A stretch of 56,037 nt of DNA. Origin: a virus (lineage: Duplodnaviria; Caudoviricetes). Below the pieces are notes generated by a model. It saw only the letters and a program-made list of their open reading frames with translations. It had not been told where the DNA came from and made no database searches. Made by a program: the position numbers and the translations under genes. The stretch covers positions 1 to 56,037 of the IMG/VR virus record IMGVR_UViG_3300024998_000001. One strand, written 5' to 3'. Within the stretch, counting starts at the first letter, position 1, and each line of letters opens with the position of its first letter. Positions 25,996-35,623 of the stretch are shown here, piece after piece.

Positions 25996-26508
25996 ATGGG
26001 ACGGCGCTGGTATGTTGTGCAGACGCGGGCAAGAGCCGAGATCAGCGCCGCCACGCGCATTGCAGCGATTGGCTTTCCGACATTTCTGCCCTTCGAACAG
26101 CGGATGCAACGTCAGGGCAAATGGTGGGTGCCCGTCAATGCCGGCCCGTTGTTCCCGCGCTACATCTTCGCCGCATTCAACCGGCAGAAGGACGATTGGG
26201 GTCAAATCCTGCGGGACCCGCTGATCCCGGCTTACCAGATTCTTTGCGATTGTCGCGGCCAGCCATGCCCGGTTCCATATCCCGTCATCCGCGCGATCCG
26301 GCGCATGAACAGGCCGCAGGTACGGGAAAAGCACGGAGCAAAGTTCAGCGAGGGTCAGGAAGTGCGGATCAAAGAAGGTCCATTCAGCAGCTTCTGCGGT
26401 TTGGTCGAGGGATCGTCATCAGAACGTGTGCGCGTGTTGCTCTCGTTATTCGGCCGCGAGACGCCGGTAGAGATGTCGGAAAGCGATCTGGAAGCGGTGT
26501 CGGCGTGA
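25996..26508 (+). CDS. NusG-paralog transcription antiterminator (NGN + KOW)
   Basis: WYVVQT, PLFPRYIF, G.EVRI.EGPF..F.G.V, RVRVLL.LFGRETPV. Confidence 0.88.
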   Translation: MGRRWYVVQTRARAEISAATRIAAIGFPTFLPFEQRMQRQGKWWVPVNAGPLFPRYIFAAFNRQKDDWGQILRDPLIPAYQILCDCRGQPCPVPYPVIRAIRRMNRPQVREKHGAKFSEGQEVRIKEGPFSSFCGLVEGSSSERVRVLLSLFGRETPVEMSESDLEAVSA

Positions 26509-26517
26509 CGCACAAAC

Positions 26518-26546
26518 TTGACATCGAATTCACAAAGCGGCATTTC
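26518..26546 (+). promoter_or_regulatory. Candidate late promoter
   Basis: TTGACA-17-CATTTC just after the antiterminator gene; the -10 is weak. Confidence 0.35.
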
Positions 26547-26669
26547 TCATGCGTTAACTGTGATTTGTCCGCCCAGCGCGGACGGCGGAGCGTGGAAAAA
26601 CGCCGCCACAAAATTCCTGAAAAATCAAGCACTTACGGAAATTGTCGCGACCGGAAATTGACGGTGAGA

Positions 26670-26858
26670 TCATGGGATTGAAATTGTCCCATCGTCTTCT
26701 GTGAGTTCATCTGGCGCAAATTTCCCCTGTCTCAATTCGTTCTCTTCAAACCAATGGCATTCCACTACATTTCTGTCGCTTTCCCAATGCTTTTTAACCG
26801 TCATGCGCGGACCACCCGACTTAAGCCGAACAGTGTCGCCGACTTGCCAGTTCGTCAT
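26670..26858 (-). CDS. YodC/DUF2158 family protein
   Basis: VGDTVRLKSGGPRMTV...VECHWF......F..DEL. Confidence 0.88.
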   Translation of the reverse strand: MTNWQVGDTVRLKSGGPRMTVKKHWESDRNVVECHWFEENELRQGKFAPDELTEDDGTISIP

Positions 26859-26903
26859 TTGATTTTTCCTTCCCCAGTGAAAAACAATCAAAGGTAATCA
26901 AAC

Positions 26904-27200
26904 ATGGCGCGTGGCGGCAAGCGTGACGGTGCCGGCAGAAAGTCTGGCGTGCCGAATAAGGCGACGGCGGAACGGCAGAAGGAGATTGCCGCGAGCGGCG
27001 AAACCCCGCTGGATTATATGCTTAGGGTCATGCGGGACCCGGAAGCGGACCCTTCGCGTCGCGATGATATGGCGAAGGCCGCTGCCGCATACGTTCATCC
27101 CAAACTCGCCGCTGTCCAGCATAGTGGCAAGGATGGTGGGCCTATCGAAGTGAACATCGTTCGCTTCACCGACTCCACCACAACCCCGAAAGGATCGTAA
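26904..27200 (+). CDS. Terminase small subunit (putative)
   Basis: RGGKR.GAGRK.G.PNK, TPLDYML.VMRD, AAAYVHPKL, HSGKDGGPI; upstream of terL. Confidence 0.7.
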   Translation: MARGGKRDGAGRKSGVPNKATAERQKEIAASGETPLDYMLRVMRDPEADPSRRDDMAKAAAAYVHPKLAAVQHSGKDGGPIEVNIVRFTDSTTTPKGS

Positions 27201-27202
27201 TC

Positions 27203-27484
27203 ATGTCGTCACCCGGCCAGCCGATGCCTCCTGGAAATGGTGGGCCGCCGCCGCAGTTGATCGCGCTTGCGGTCCAATTGCTCCAGATCGAATTGCAGCG
27301 GGCACAAATCCTCGGCGCTGCGGCCCAAATGGTGCAGCAGATGGGGAGCCAAGGCGCTCCGGCTGACGCAGCTTCCGGCCCTGTTCCGCCTCCCGCTGGG
27401 CCGCCGCGCCCGACAGGCCCTGTGCCGGTACCGACCGGCCCGCGCGGTGCAGTCTCGCCAGTTGGCATGCGGCCGACACAGTAG
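27203..27484 (+). CDS. Pro-rich hypothetical protein
   Basis: aagga RBS; fills the operon. Confidence 0.5.
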   Translation: MSSPGQPMPPGNGGPPPQLIALAVQLLQIELQRAQILGAAAQMVQQMGSQGAPADAASGPVPPPAGPPRPTGPVPVPTGPRGAVSPVGMRPTQ

Positions 27485-27493
27485 GAGGCTCAA

Positions 27494-27736
27494 ATGCCCA
27501 GCCGCTCGCCCGCCCAGCACCGCCTCATGGAGGCCGTCGCGCACGATCCGGCCTTTGCGGCCAAGGTCGGTATTCCGCAAGACGTGGGGCAGGAGTTCTC
27601 GCGCGCGGATGAAGTGAAACGCCACGATCTGCGCCATCCGAAGACGGGCCGCTTTGTTCCGGCCAAGACGGTGCCAGCGCATTCCAAGGGCCGGGTCGGC
27701 TATGGGCTCCACAAAGGGGCGGTGGTGACGCAATAG
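27494..27736 (+). CDS. Conserved small phage protein
   Basis: MPSRSPAQHRLMEAVAH.P.FA.KVGIPQ.VG.EF motif; aggagg RBS. Confidence 0.7.
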   Translation: MPSRSPAQHRLMEAVAHDPAFAAKVGIPQDVGQEFSRADEVKRHDLRHPKTGRFVPAKTVPAHSKGRVGYGLHKGAVVTQ

Positions 27737-27746
27737 CGAGGCATCC

Positions 27747-27962
27747 ATGCCTGTCGCTCATAGCCAAATCCGCGAGACCATCGCAGACGCAGGCCTCAAC
27801 CTTCGAAGCCACCATGTGCGCGAGGAAGGTGAGGTCTACATCGTGGAAGACGCGCACAATGGTCACGCCGCTTCGATTGCGCTACGGGCCGAAGAAATGG
27901 TGAATCCGTTCGTCGTCCTCGGCCGCATTCGACACGTCGCCCGGTCACTGGCCGAAGACTGA
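27747..27962 (+). CDS. Hypothetical protein
   Basis: gagg RBS; abuts terL. Confidence 0.55.
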   Translation: MPVAHSQIRETIADAGLNLRSHHVREEGEVYIVEDAHNGHAASIALRAEEMVNPFVVLGRIRHVARSLAED

Positions 27963-29381
27963 ATGTCTGCCATAACCTTGCCTCACGGCGGCTGGCGACC
28001 GCGTGACGATCAATTGCCGCTATGGTCATACCTTGAACATGGAGGATTACGGGCGATCGAGGTCGCTCATAGGCGATGGGGCAAGGACGACGTTGCCCTC
28101 CATCGCGCCGCCTGTGCCGCCTATGAGCGCGTCGGAACTTATTGGCACATGCTGCCAAAGGCCAACCAGTCGCGGAAGGCAATCTGGGAAGCCGTCAACC
28201 CGCGCACCGGCAAGCGTCGCGTTGATGAAGCCTTTCCGCCGGAAATTCGCGAGGACTTTCGCGAGTCCGACATGTTCTGCCGCTTCAAAAACGGCTCAAC
28301 GTGGCAGGTAGTGGGTTCCGACAATTTCAACAGCCTCGTCGGTTCGCCGCCGGTCGGGATCACATTTTCAGAATGGGCGCTGGCCGATCCCCATGCATGG
28401 GCCATCCTTCGACCTATCCTCGACGAAAATGGCGGCTGGGCATTGTTCATCACCACACCGCGCGGCCGCAACCATGCACACCGCACACTCGAACTGGCGC
28501 GATCCGAGCCGGACTGGTTCGCGGACGTAAAGACGGCCTACGACACGGCGGTATTCAGGCCGGATCAATTGGCCCGCATCAAGCGGGAACTGATCAAGGA
28601 GTGGGGCGAAGAAGACGGCGAGGCCCTGTTCGATCAGGAATATGGCTGCAGCTTCGATGCGCCGCTGGTCGGCGCCTATTATGCCAAGCAGATCGCACAG
28701 CTTGAGGCCGCGGGGCGCATCGTTGATGGGATCGAGCACGACCCCAACCATCTGGTCGAAACGGCGTGGGACCTTGGCTATAGCGATGACACCACAATCT
28801 GGTTCTTCCAGACGGTTCTGAATGAGCCGCGGGTTCTGGGCTATTACTCGGCGCATGGGCAGGACATCACCCACTACGCCGACAAGTTGACCGAATATGC
28901 GGAGCGCAAGGGATGGCGCTACTGGAAGACGGACCCGCGCGAAGCCCTGCATTGGGTGCCATGGGATGCCAGACCGAAGACTCTGGCAAGTAGGGGCAAG
29001 TCCCTCCTCGAAATCGCGTGGGAAGAACGGCAGCTTTCGCTGCGCGTGGCACCCAATCTTTCCGTGCAGGACGGCATCCAGGCGACCCGGAAGTTTCTCG
29101 CCAAGGCATGGTTCGACAAAAGCGAGTGTGCCGACGGCATCGAATGTCTACGGAACTATCAGCGCGAATGGGACGATGATCGCAAGGTCTTCAAGTCCAC
29201 GCCGCTGCACAATTGGGCCAGCCACGGCGCGGACGGTGCTCGCATCATGGCGATTGCACAGGCCCAGCGCGAACCCATTGAGCGCCAGAAGCCCAAGAGC
29301 ATCAAGCGCATCGAAGACATGACTTTTGACGAACTTGCCGAGATCGGATCGCGGATGCGGCAGCAGGAGTATCGGGTGTGA
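27963..29381 (+). CDS. terL: Terminase large subunit
   Basis: HRRWGKD Walker A, FSEW, TTPRGRNH, QEY.CSF, WDLG..D.T, H.WASHGAD nuclease motifs. Confidence 0.93.
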   Translation: MSAITLPHGGWRPRDDQLPLWSYLEHGGLRAIEVAHRRWGKDDVALHRAACAAYERVGTYWHMLPKANQSRKAIWEAVNPRTGKRRVDEAFPPEIREDFRESDMFCRFKNGSTWQVVGSDNFNSLVGSPPVGITFSEWALADPHAWAILRPILDENGGWALFITTPRGRNHAHRTLELARSEPDWFADVKTAYDTAVFRPDQLARIKRELIKEWGEEDGEALFDQEYGCSFDAPLVGAYYAKQIAQLEAAGRIVDGIEHDPNHLVETAWDLGYSDDTTIWFFQTVLNEPRVLGYYSAHGQDITHYADKLTEYAERKGWRYWKTDPREALHWVPWDARPKTLASRGKSLLEIAWEERQLSLRVAPNLSVQDGIQATRKFLAKAWFDKSECADGIECLRNYQREWDDDRKVFKSTPLHNWASHGADGARIMAIAQAQREPIERQKPKSIKRIEDMTFDELAEIGSRMRQQEYRV

Positions 29382-31537
29382 ATGACGATCAGACCCCGCC
29401 CGATGTGCTGGCCGAGGCCAAACTGGTCAAGGAATGGCTCAACCGCATCACCATCACGATGGAGTATTTCAAGCCGTACTTCGAGCGCGGCGACAAGATC
29501 GTCAAACGCTATCGGGATGAAAGGTCCGACAGTCTCGCCGTGGCGCGGGACAGGCGCTTCAATCTCTTGTGGTCGAACGTGCAGACCTTGGGGCCTGCCG
29601 TCTATGCCAAACCGCCGAAGATGAACGTGACGCGGCGGTATCACGACAAGGACGCCATCGCCCGCATCGCCAGCATGGTCTTGGAACGCGCAGTCACCTA
29701 CGAGATGGACTGCAGCGACTTCGATGAGGTGATGACCCAGGGGCGGGACGATTACTTGCTGGTCGCGCGCGGCACGGCTTGGCAGCGGTATGAGCCAATC
29801 ATCATCAAGGTTCCTCTCACCGCGCCTGATGCGCCCCAGGCGCCCGAGGACGGCAGCGGACCGGCGCCGAATGCGCCGACTGGACTTCTTGCCCCCGCGC
29901 CGCCGGGCACGGAGGGCACCGAACAGCAACCCCCGCAGCCGTCCTATCAGGAATCGCTCGCTGGTGAACACGCACCACTCGATTACGTCCACTGGAAGGA
30001 TTTCATCCACGATCCGGCGCCGACGTGGAAGAAGGTGCGCTGGGTCGCGGCGCGCACATTGCTCGACAAGGACACGGCGACGAAACGGTTCGGCGCGGAA
30101 CTGGCAGGACAACTGAAATACAATCGCCGCTACCAGAAGGATGATCCCCAGTCCGGTTCCAAAGCGAATATGCCGGCGACGGTAGATGACCTGACCTTGG
30201 TGTGGGAAATCTGGGACAAGAGCACGCAACAGGCGCTCTGGCTCAGCCCCGACATTCCGACGCAATTCCTCGACCGGCGCGATGATCCGTTGCACCTGCG
30301 CGATTTCTTCCCGTGTCCAAAGCCGCTTTATGCCACGCTGACCAATGACCGCCTGATACCGGTGCCCGATTATGCGCTCTATCAGGATCAGGCGCATCAG
30401 ATCGACGAACTGACCGAACGCATTGCATTGCTAACCAAAGCAATCGCGGTGCGCGGCGCCTATGACAAGTCGAACAAGGAACTTGCCAATCTTCTGAATG
30501 AGCGGCCGGAAAACTTCCTTGTCCCGGTCGATAACTGGGCGGCATTCGCGGAGAAGGGCGGCCTCAAGGGCCAGATCAGTTTCGTCCCGCTCGACCAGAT
30601 TGTGGGCGTCCTCGACAAGCTGACTGCGATGCGGAACCTGCTCAAGCAGGACGTGTACGAGATCACCGGGATTTCCGACATCGTGCGCGGCGCTTCGATG
30701 GCGAGCGAGACGGCGACAGCCCAGCGCATCAAGGGAAACTTTGCCACGTTGCGGCTTGACGACCGGCGGAAGGCCGTATCCCGTTTCGCCCGCGATGGGC
30801 TCCGTCTCACCGCCGAAGTGATTGCCGAGCATTTCGAACCCGCCACGATCCGCCAGATTTCAGGCTTCGATCAGATGACGGAGATTCTGGAACGGGTCGC
30901 GCAGGGAGAAAATGCCGACGAGATATTCGACCAGGTCATGGAGATGCTGCGCAACGACCCGATGCGGCTCACCCACCTCGATATCGAGACAGATTCGATG
31001 GTGGAGGCCGATCAGGCCCAGGAACAGCAGGACCGGGTACAGTTCCTGAGCGCGGCGGGATCGTTTCTTCAGCAGGCGGTCACGGCAGGCCAGCAATTGC
31101 CGGCGCTCGTTCCGCTTCTCGGCCAGATGCTCATGTTCGGCGTGCGAGGCTTTAAGGCGGGGCGCGAACTCGAAGACGTGTTCGAAACCACGATGGCGCA
31201 ATTGGAGCGCGCCGCGGCCCAGCCCCCACCACAGGCCGCAGAATCGGCGCCGGAACCGGACACCAGCATGGCACAAATTCAAGCAGATACGCAGCGCGCG
31301 CAGGATGAACTCGCCGTGAAGCAGGCCGGGATTCAGCAGGACGGCGAGATCGAACAGAACAAGCTGCAGCAGAAGGACGCGATTGAGAAAGCGGAACTTG
31401 CGCTGCGAGAACGCGAACTGGAAAGCAAACTCCAACTCGCCCGCGATGAACTGGCGATGAAGTTCGGGCTCAATCCTTTTGACGGCTACCGCCCCTTCGC
31501 TCAACCGGCTGCGCCGGTGCCAGCGCCCACCGCTTAA
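29378..31537 (+). CDS. Portal protein (podovirus-type, long C-terminal coiled coil)
   Basis: 719 aa directly after terL; FNLLWSNVQTL.P, EITGISDI.RG, ETATAQ.IK, Gln-rich C-terminal barrel. Confidence 0.85.
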   Translation: MNDDQTPPDVLAEAKLVKEWLNRITITMEYFKPYFERGDKIVKRYRDERSDSLAVARDRRFNLLWSNVQTLGPAVYAKPPKMNVTRRYHDKDAIARIASMVLERAVTYEMDCSDFDEVMTQGRDDYLLVARGTAWQRYEPIIIKVPLTAPDAPQAPEDGSGPAPNAPTGLLAPAPPGTEGTEQQPPQPSYQESLAGEHAPLDYVHWKDFIHDPAPTWKKVRWVAARTLLDKDTATKRFGAELAGQLKYNRRYQKDDPQSGSKANMPATVDDLTLVWEIWDKSTQQALWLSPDIPTQFLDRRDDPLHLRDFFPCPKPLYATLTNDRLIPVPDYALYQDQAHQIDELTERIALLTKAIAVRGAYDKSNKELANLLNERPENFLVPVDNWAAFAEKGGLKGQISFVPLDQIVGVLDKLTAMRNLLKQDVYEITGISDIVRGASMASETATAQRIKGNFATLRLDDRRKAVSRFARDGLRLTAEVIAEHFEPATIRQISGFDQMTEILERVAQGENADEIFDQVMEMLRNDPMRLTHLDIETDSMVEADQAQEQQDRVQFLSAAGSFLQQAVTAGQQLPALVPLLGQMLMFGVRGFKAGRELEDVFETTMAQLERAAAQPPPQAAESAPEPDTSMAQIQADTQRAQDELAVKQAGIQQDGEIEQNKLQQKDAIEKAELALRERELESKLQLARDELAMKFGLNPFDGYRPFAQPAAPVPAPTA

Positions 31538-31554
31538 ACGCTACCCAAAACGAA

Positions 31555-31905
31555 ATGGCTGTCATGTCCGACGCTCTGATCGAGCGGGGCGCGTGGGTGC
31601 TCGACCCCGACACGCTCCGCTGGGTTCCTAAGGATCAATATCGCCGTGCCGTCCAGCGCAGCCGCGAGGCGCGCCGGATGCGCTCCGATCTGCCGTCTCC
31701 GCAGGTCATGCGGGACATCCGGCCATTTGTGAATGTGGCCGTGGACGGCGCCGAAATCTCGTCGCGTAGCGCCAAGCGCGAAATGATGAAGCGGCACGAC
31801 CTGATCGAAATCGGCAACGAAAAACGCATCACGAAACGGCAGGGCCTCAAGCGTCTGCCGAGCGTGAAGAACAGCATCAAGCGCGCGGTGCAGGAGTTGA
31901 GCTGA
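31555..31905 (+). CDS. Conserved phage protein
   Basis: VM.DI.PF....DG..ISSRS..RE.MKRH...EIGNE pattern, typical after the portal gene. Confidence 0.65.
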   Translation: MAVMSDALIERGAWVLDPDTLRWVPKDQYRRAVQRSREARRMRSDLPSPQVMRDIRPFVNVAVDGAEISSRSAKREMMKRHDLIEIGNEKRITKRQGLKRLPSVKNSIKRAVQELS

Positions 31906-32075
31906 TGGCACGAAACATCCCCGTTTCCGGCGCGTCCAAGGATTTCCAAGCCGAATGTGATCTTCGCACGCTGATCGAAGCCGAGAAGATCAAAAGGGAC
32001 AAATCCCGTTTTCGCGCGGCCCTGTCCCTCCGCGACAAAATGAAAACGGACATGGAGAAGATCGATGGACGATGA
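31905..32075 (+). CDS. Small hypothetical protein (56 aa, not in the ORF track)
   Basis: MARNIPVSGASKDFQAECDLRTLIEAEKIKRDKSRFRAAL...; TGATG coupling and aggag RBS. Confidence 0.55.
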   Translation: MARNIPVSGASKDFQAECDLRTLIEAEKIKRDKSRFRAALSLRDKMKTDMEKIDGR

Positions 32076-33180
32076 GACGCAAGACCCAGCGCTGACGACT
32101 GACGACCTTGGCGCGGTCTCTGATCTCAAAGCTGAGCCGCGCACCGTGCGCGAAAGCCTTGAGGAAGCCCAGACCGCGTTGAATGCCGGTGGTGACCAGC
32201 CAGCCGCTACGCAAGCGCCTGAAGGTGGAAAGCCTGACAAGGCCGCCGCGGTTATGAAGGAAGCGCCCGAGGCGACGATGGGTGCCGGGACGCAGGCACC
32301 TCAGCACTGGTCGGCCGAAGACAAGGCGATGTTCGCCAAGCAGTCGCCCGAAGCCCAGCAGTGGCTGCTGGCCCGGCACAAGGCCATGGAAGGCGACAAC
32401 ACCCGCAATTCGCAGGCGCTGGCCGAAATGAAGCGCCGGTTCGAACCGATCGATCAGATCTTTGCGCCGCATCGCGAACGACTGACCCAAACCGGCCAAT
32501 CCGAGTCCGACGTGGTGCGCAACCTGCTTGCCGCACAATTGTTCCTCGAACAGAAGCCGGAAGAAGGCCTGATCTGGCTGGCGCAGAACCTCAACGTCGA
32601 TCTGCGCAAGGTGGCCGGGAAGCTCGGTGGCACCGCGAACCCCGATGCCGATGACGATCCGTTCGGTACGCTTCATCCCAAGGTGGCCGAAGCCTTCAAG
32701 ATGCTCACCTCGAAGGTCGAGCATTTCGAAACCCAGGCGCAGCGCGCCGAGCGCGAAGCTGCTGAACAGGCCCAGCACCAATTGCATCAATCCATTACCG
32801 AGTTTCGCGAGGCGAAGAATGCTTCCGGCGAACTCCTCTATCCTCATATTGCCGATCAAGAGGTGACCGCGACGATGGCGGCACTCATCAAGTCTGGCAA
32901 TGTGAACATCGAACAGTGCGGGGGGCTCATTCCCGCTCTGAAGACCGCCTATGAAAAGGCCATTTATGCCGTACCGGGCACCCGTGACGCCCTTCTGAAG
33001 GCCGAAAAGGCCGCGAGCGAAAAGAAGGCAGCAGACGAACGGGCCCGGCAGGTGGACAAGGCCAGGAAAGCGGGCGTGAGCGTGTCCGGGGCATCCACCT
33101 CGGCGGCTTCACCGGTTTCGAGAGGTTCGGTCGGCGCCACCCTGCGCGAAACAGCGCGCGAGATGGGGTGGAACGTTTAA
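32065..33180 (+). CDS. Scaffolding protein (putative)
   Basis: Acidic, helical, AP..W motif; directly before the capsid gene. Confidence 0.7.
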   Translation: MDDETQDPALTTDDLGAVSDLKAEPRTVRESLEEAQTALNAGGDQPAATQAPEGGKPDKAAAVMKEAPEATMGAGTQAPQHWSAEDKAMFAKQSPEAQQWLLARHKAMEGDNTRNSQALAEMKRRFEPIDQIFAPHRERLTQTGQSESDVVRNLLAAQLFLEQKPEEGLIWLAQNLNVDLRKVAGKLGGTANPDADDDPFGTLHPKVAEAFKMLTSKVEHFETQAQRAEREAAEQAQHQLHQSITEFREAKNASGELLYPHIADQEVTATMAALIKSGNVNIEQCGGLIPALKTAYEKAIYAVPGTRDALLKAEKAASEKKAADERARQVDKARKAGVSVSGASTSAASPVSRGSVGATLRETAREMGWNV

Positions 33181-33207
33181 CCAACCCAACCAAAGGAGAT
33201 TTCAGCC

Positions 33208-34182
33208 ATGGCTTCACCAGGCCTGTCCGAAATCGTCACGTCCACGCTCGAAAACCGCAGCAAGGACATTTCGGACGCTTTCACCAACAACACCGCATTG
33301 ATGTTTCGGCTCAACGACAAAGGCAACAAAAAGCTGCTGTCGGGCGGCCGTACCATCGTGCGGGAAATCGCATATGCCGAGAATGGCACCTTCGGGTTCT
33401 ATTCGGGCTACGACACGCTCAATGTCTCGCCGTCTGATGTATTCACGGCGGCGGAATATAACTGGAAACAGGCTGCCGTCGCGGTGTCCTGGTCCGGTCT
33501 TGAGCAATTGCAGAACTCGGGCCCGGAACAGGTGTTCGATCTGATCGAGGAACGCATTACCAATGCGGAATCGACCATGGTCAACAATCTGTCCGATGGT
33601 CTTTATTCGGACGGCACCGGATTTTCCGGCAAACAGGTCGGCGGCCTTCAATTGCTGGTCAGTGATGCGGGAACCGGTACGGTCGGCGGCATCAATGCCG
33701 GCACGTGGGACTTCTGGCAGAACTACGTGTACTCGTTCGCGGCGCAGTCGGGTGCACCGACGCCGGGACCGACCACGATCCAGCGCGCCATGAACACCAC
33801 GTGGTTGTCCACCAAGCGCAATCGCGATCAGGTCGATCTGATCGTCGCGGACAACATCTTCTACAGCTATTATTGGGAATCCCTGCAGGCGCAGCAGCGC
33901 TTCATGGATGCCAAAATGGCTTCGGCGGGCTTCGACAATCTGAAGTTCAAGAACGCCGACGTGGTGGCGGATGGCGGCCTCGACGGCGATGCACCGGCAA
34001 GCCGGATGTACTTCCTCAACACGAAGTATCTGCGGCTCGAAGTTCACAAACAGCGCGACATGGTTCCACTCGGCCCCGGCGAACGGTCGTCCGTCAATCA
34101 GGACGCAACCGTCAAGCTGCTCGGCTGGGCAGGCAACATGACGACCTCTAACCGGCGCCTGCAAGGCGTCATCCGGCCGTAA
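33208..34182 (+). CDS. Major capsid protein
   Basis: 324 aa, strong aaggag RBS; TLENRS..I.D...N, GG..I, LYSDGT, YFLNTKYL, GNMT.SNR..QG. Confidence 0.88.
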   Translation: MASPGLSEIVTSTLENRSKDISDAFTNNTALMFRLNDKGNKKLLSGGRTIVREIAYAENGTFGFYSGYDTLNVSPSDVFTAAEYNWKQAAVAVSWSGLEQLQNSGPEQVFDLIEERITNAESTMVNNLSDGLYSDGTGFSGKQVGGLQLLVSDAGTGTVGGINAGTWDFWQNYVYSFAAQSGAPTPGPTTIQRAMNTTWLSTKRNRDQVDLIVADNIFYSYYWESLQAQQRFMDAKMASAGFDNLKFKNADVVADGGLDGDAPASRMYFLNTKYLRLEVHKQRDMVPLGPGERSSVNQDATVKLLGWAGNMTTSNRRLQGVIRP

Positions 34183-34193
34183 GGAGGTGCGAG

Positions 34194-34673
34194 ATGTCTT
34201 TTCAGACTGAACAACTGCTCGGCGCGGATTTCTCCCGCGTCGATGATACGGCAGCCTTTGCGGTCGGGACCGTGGCGCACGGGACGGACGGCGGGGAATG
34301 GACTTACGGCAAGGCAGGTGGTGCGATCACCGGTGCTGACTATGTCGCGGTTCTCGATGCGGCGTGGTCGGCCACTCTGGCTTCCACCACCAATTCGCCG
34401 TTTGGTCTGCGCATCGGCGTTGCACCCGGTGCCATGGCCCAGAACCAGTATGGCTGGTTTCAGACCGGCGGCGTGCGTCCCGGCATCCGTGTCAATGCGT
34501 CGTGCGCGGCCAACGTCAAACTGAATACCACCGCCACCGGCGGCCAGCTTGACGATGACGGCACCGGCGGCGCGAAGACGGCTTCAGGTATCGTGCTCAC
34601 CACGGCCAATGGTGTCGCGGCGGGCAGTGCGCCGGGCGTCATCTTCAACCCGGTGGTCGGCGCCACCCTCTAA
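34194..34673 (+). CDS. Capsid decoration/cement protein (putative)
   Basis: Gly/Ala-rich beta protein right after the capsid gene; QYGWFQ..G. Confidence 0.65.
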   Translation: MSFQTEQLLGADFSRVDDTAAFAVGTVAHGTDGGEWTYGKAGGAITGADYVAVLDAAWSATLASTTNSPFGLRIGVAPGAMAQNQYGWFQTGGVRPGIRVNASCAANVKLNTTATGGQLDDDGTGGAKTASGIVLTTANGVAAGSAPGVIFNPVVGATL

Positions 34674-34691
34674 CCAATCTCATGAGCAAGT

Positions 34692-34725
34692 AGCGGGTGC
34701 GGCAGCGATGACCGCACCTGCTTTT
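34692..34725 (+). terminator. Intrinsic terminator after the head genes
   Basis: agcgggtgcgg / ccgcacctgct stem followed by ttt. Confidence 0.5.
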
Positions 34726-34741
34726 GCCGGAAAGGACAATC

Positions 34742-35425
34742 ATGTCTATCCAGAACGGCGCATTTCTCGCGGGCTCCGGCCTTGACGCCGACAGTCTGAT
34801 GAGCGCCGACGATCTCACCCGCTCGCAAGGTGCGGCCAACATCATCCCGAAGTTTTTCAACCGCACCGTTTCCCTTGGCGATGGCCAGTTCGCGGATGAG
34901 GAACTGGTCGAATTGCTGGTGCCGGGCGATGCCAAATCAGGCCCGGTCCATGTCGTGACCGAAACCATCAAGAAGAAATTCCCCGGCGCTTATCGGGCCT
35001 GGAAAGAGGGCCGCGACACGGCCCGCGAAGGCACTCCGCTGGAACTGATGGTGGGCGATGGGGCGCTTCTCCATACCCTGAAGGCCGCCAATGTCCACAC
35101 GGTCGAACAACTGGCCGGTCTCACCGATGGACAACTCGATATCGTGCCGATCGATGGCCGGGGCTTGCGCGAGCGCGCACGCAAGCGGCTGGAAATGCTG
35201 AAGTCGGCCAAAGACGCTGCGGCTGAAGAAGCCAAGGATGCCGAGATCAAGGAATTGAAGGCCAAGGTCGCCGAACTGTCCAACCTTCTGAAGCCTTCGG
35301 CCACGGCCAAAACTGAAGATGACGATGGCGCAGCCGCCATGGGCCGTCCGCCCGAAGGTGCCGTGCCCGCGCCGCAGCAGCGTCCGCCACGCCCAGTCCC
35401 GCGTCCGCAAGCGCAGCAGCGGTAA
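34742..35425 (+). CDS. Conserved phage protein
   Basis: FP.AY..WK.G....GTPLE, L...NV.TVEQLA.L.D (HhH-like). Confidence 0.65.
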   Translation: MSIQNGAFLAGSGLDADSLMSADDLTRSQGAANIIPKFFNRTVSLGDGQFADEELVELLVPGDAKSGPVHVVTETIKKKFPGAYRAWKEGRDTAREGTPLELMVGDGALLHTLKAANVHTVEQLAGLTDGQLDIVPIDGRGLRERARKRLEMLKSAKDAAAEEAKDAEIKELKAKVAELSNLLKPSATAKTEDDDGAAAMGRPPEGAVPAPQQRPPRPVPRPQAQQR

Positions 35426-35431
35426 GCCGTC

Positions 35432-35623
35432 ATGGACAAGGCCTTTCTGGAAGCCCGCGCCCAGCAATATCAGCAGGCGCGGGCCAATGCTGCACAACTC
35501 ATGGACCAGTCCATGCGCACCATCATCGAATGCGATGCGATTTTGCGTGAACTGGCTGAATTGACGGCGGCAATCGATCAGCCTCCCGAAAAACCCAAGA
35601 AGCCGTCCAAAGCCCATGCCTGA
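35432..35623 (+). CDS. Small coiled-coil protein
   Basis: Fills the operon and overlaps the next gene. Confidence 0.5.
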   Translation: MDKAFLEARAQQYQQARANAAQLMDQSMRTIIECDAILRELAELTAAIDQPPEKPKKPSKAHA

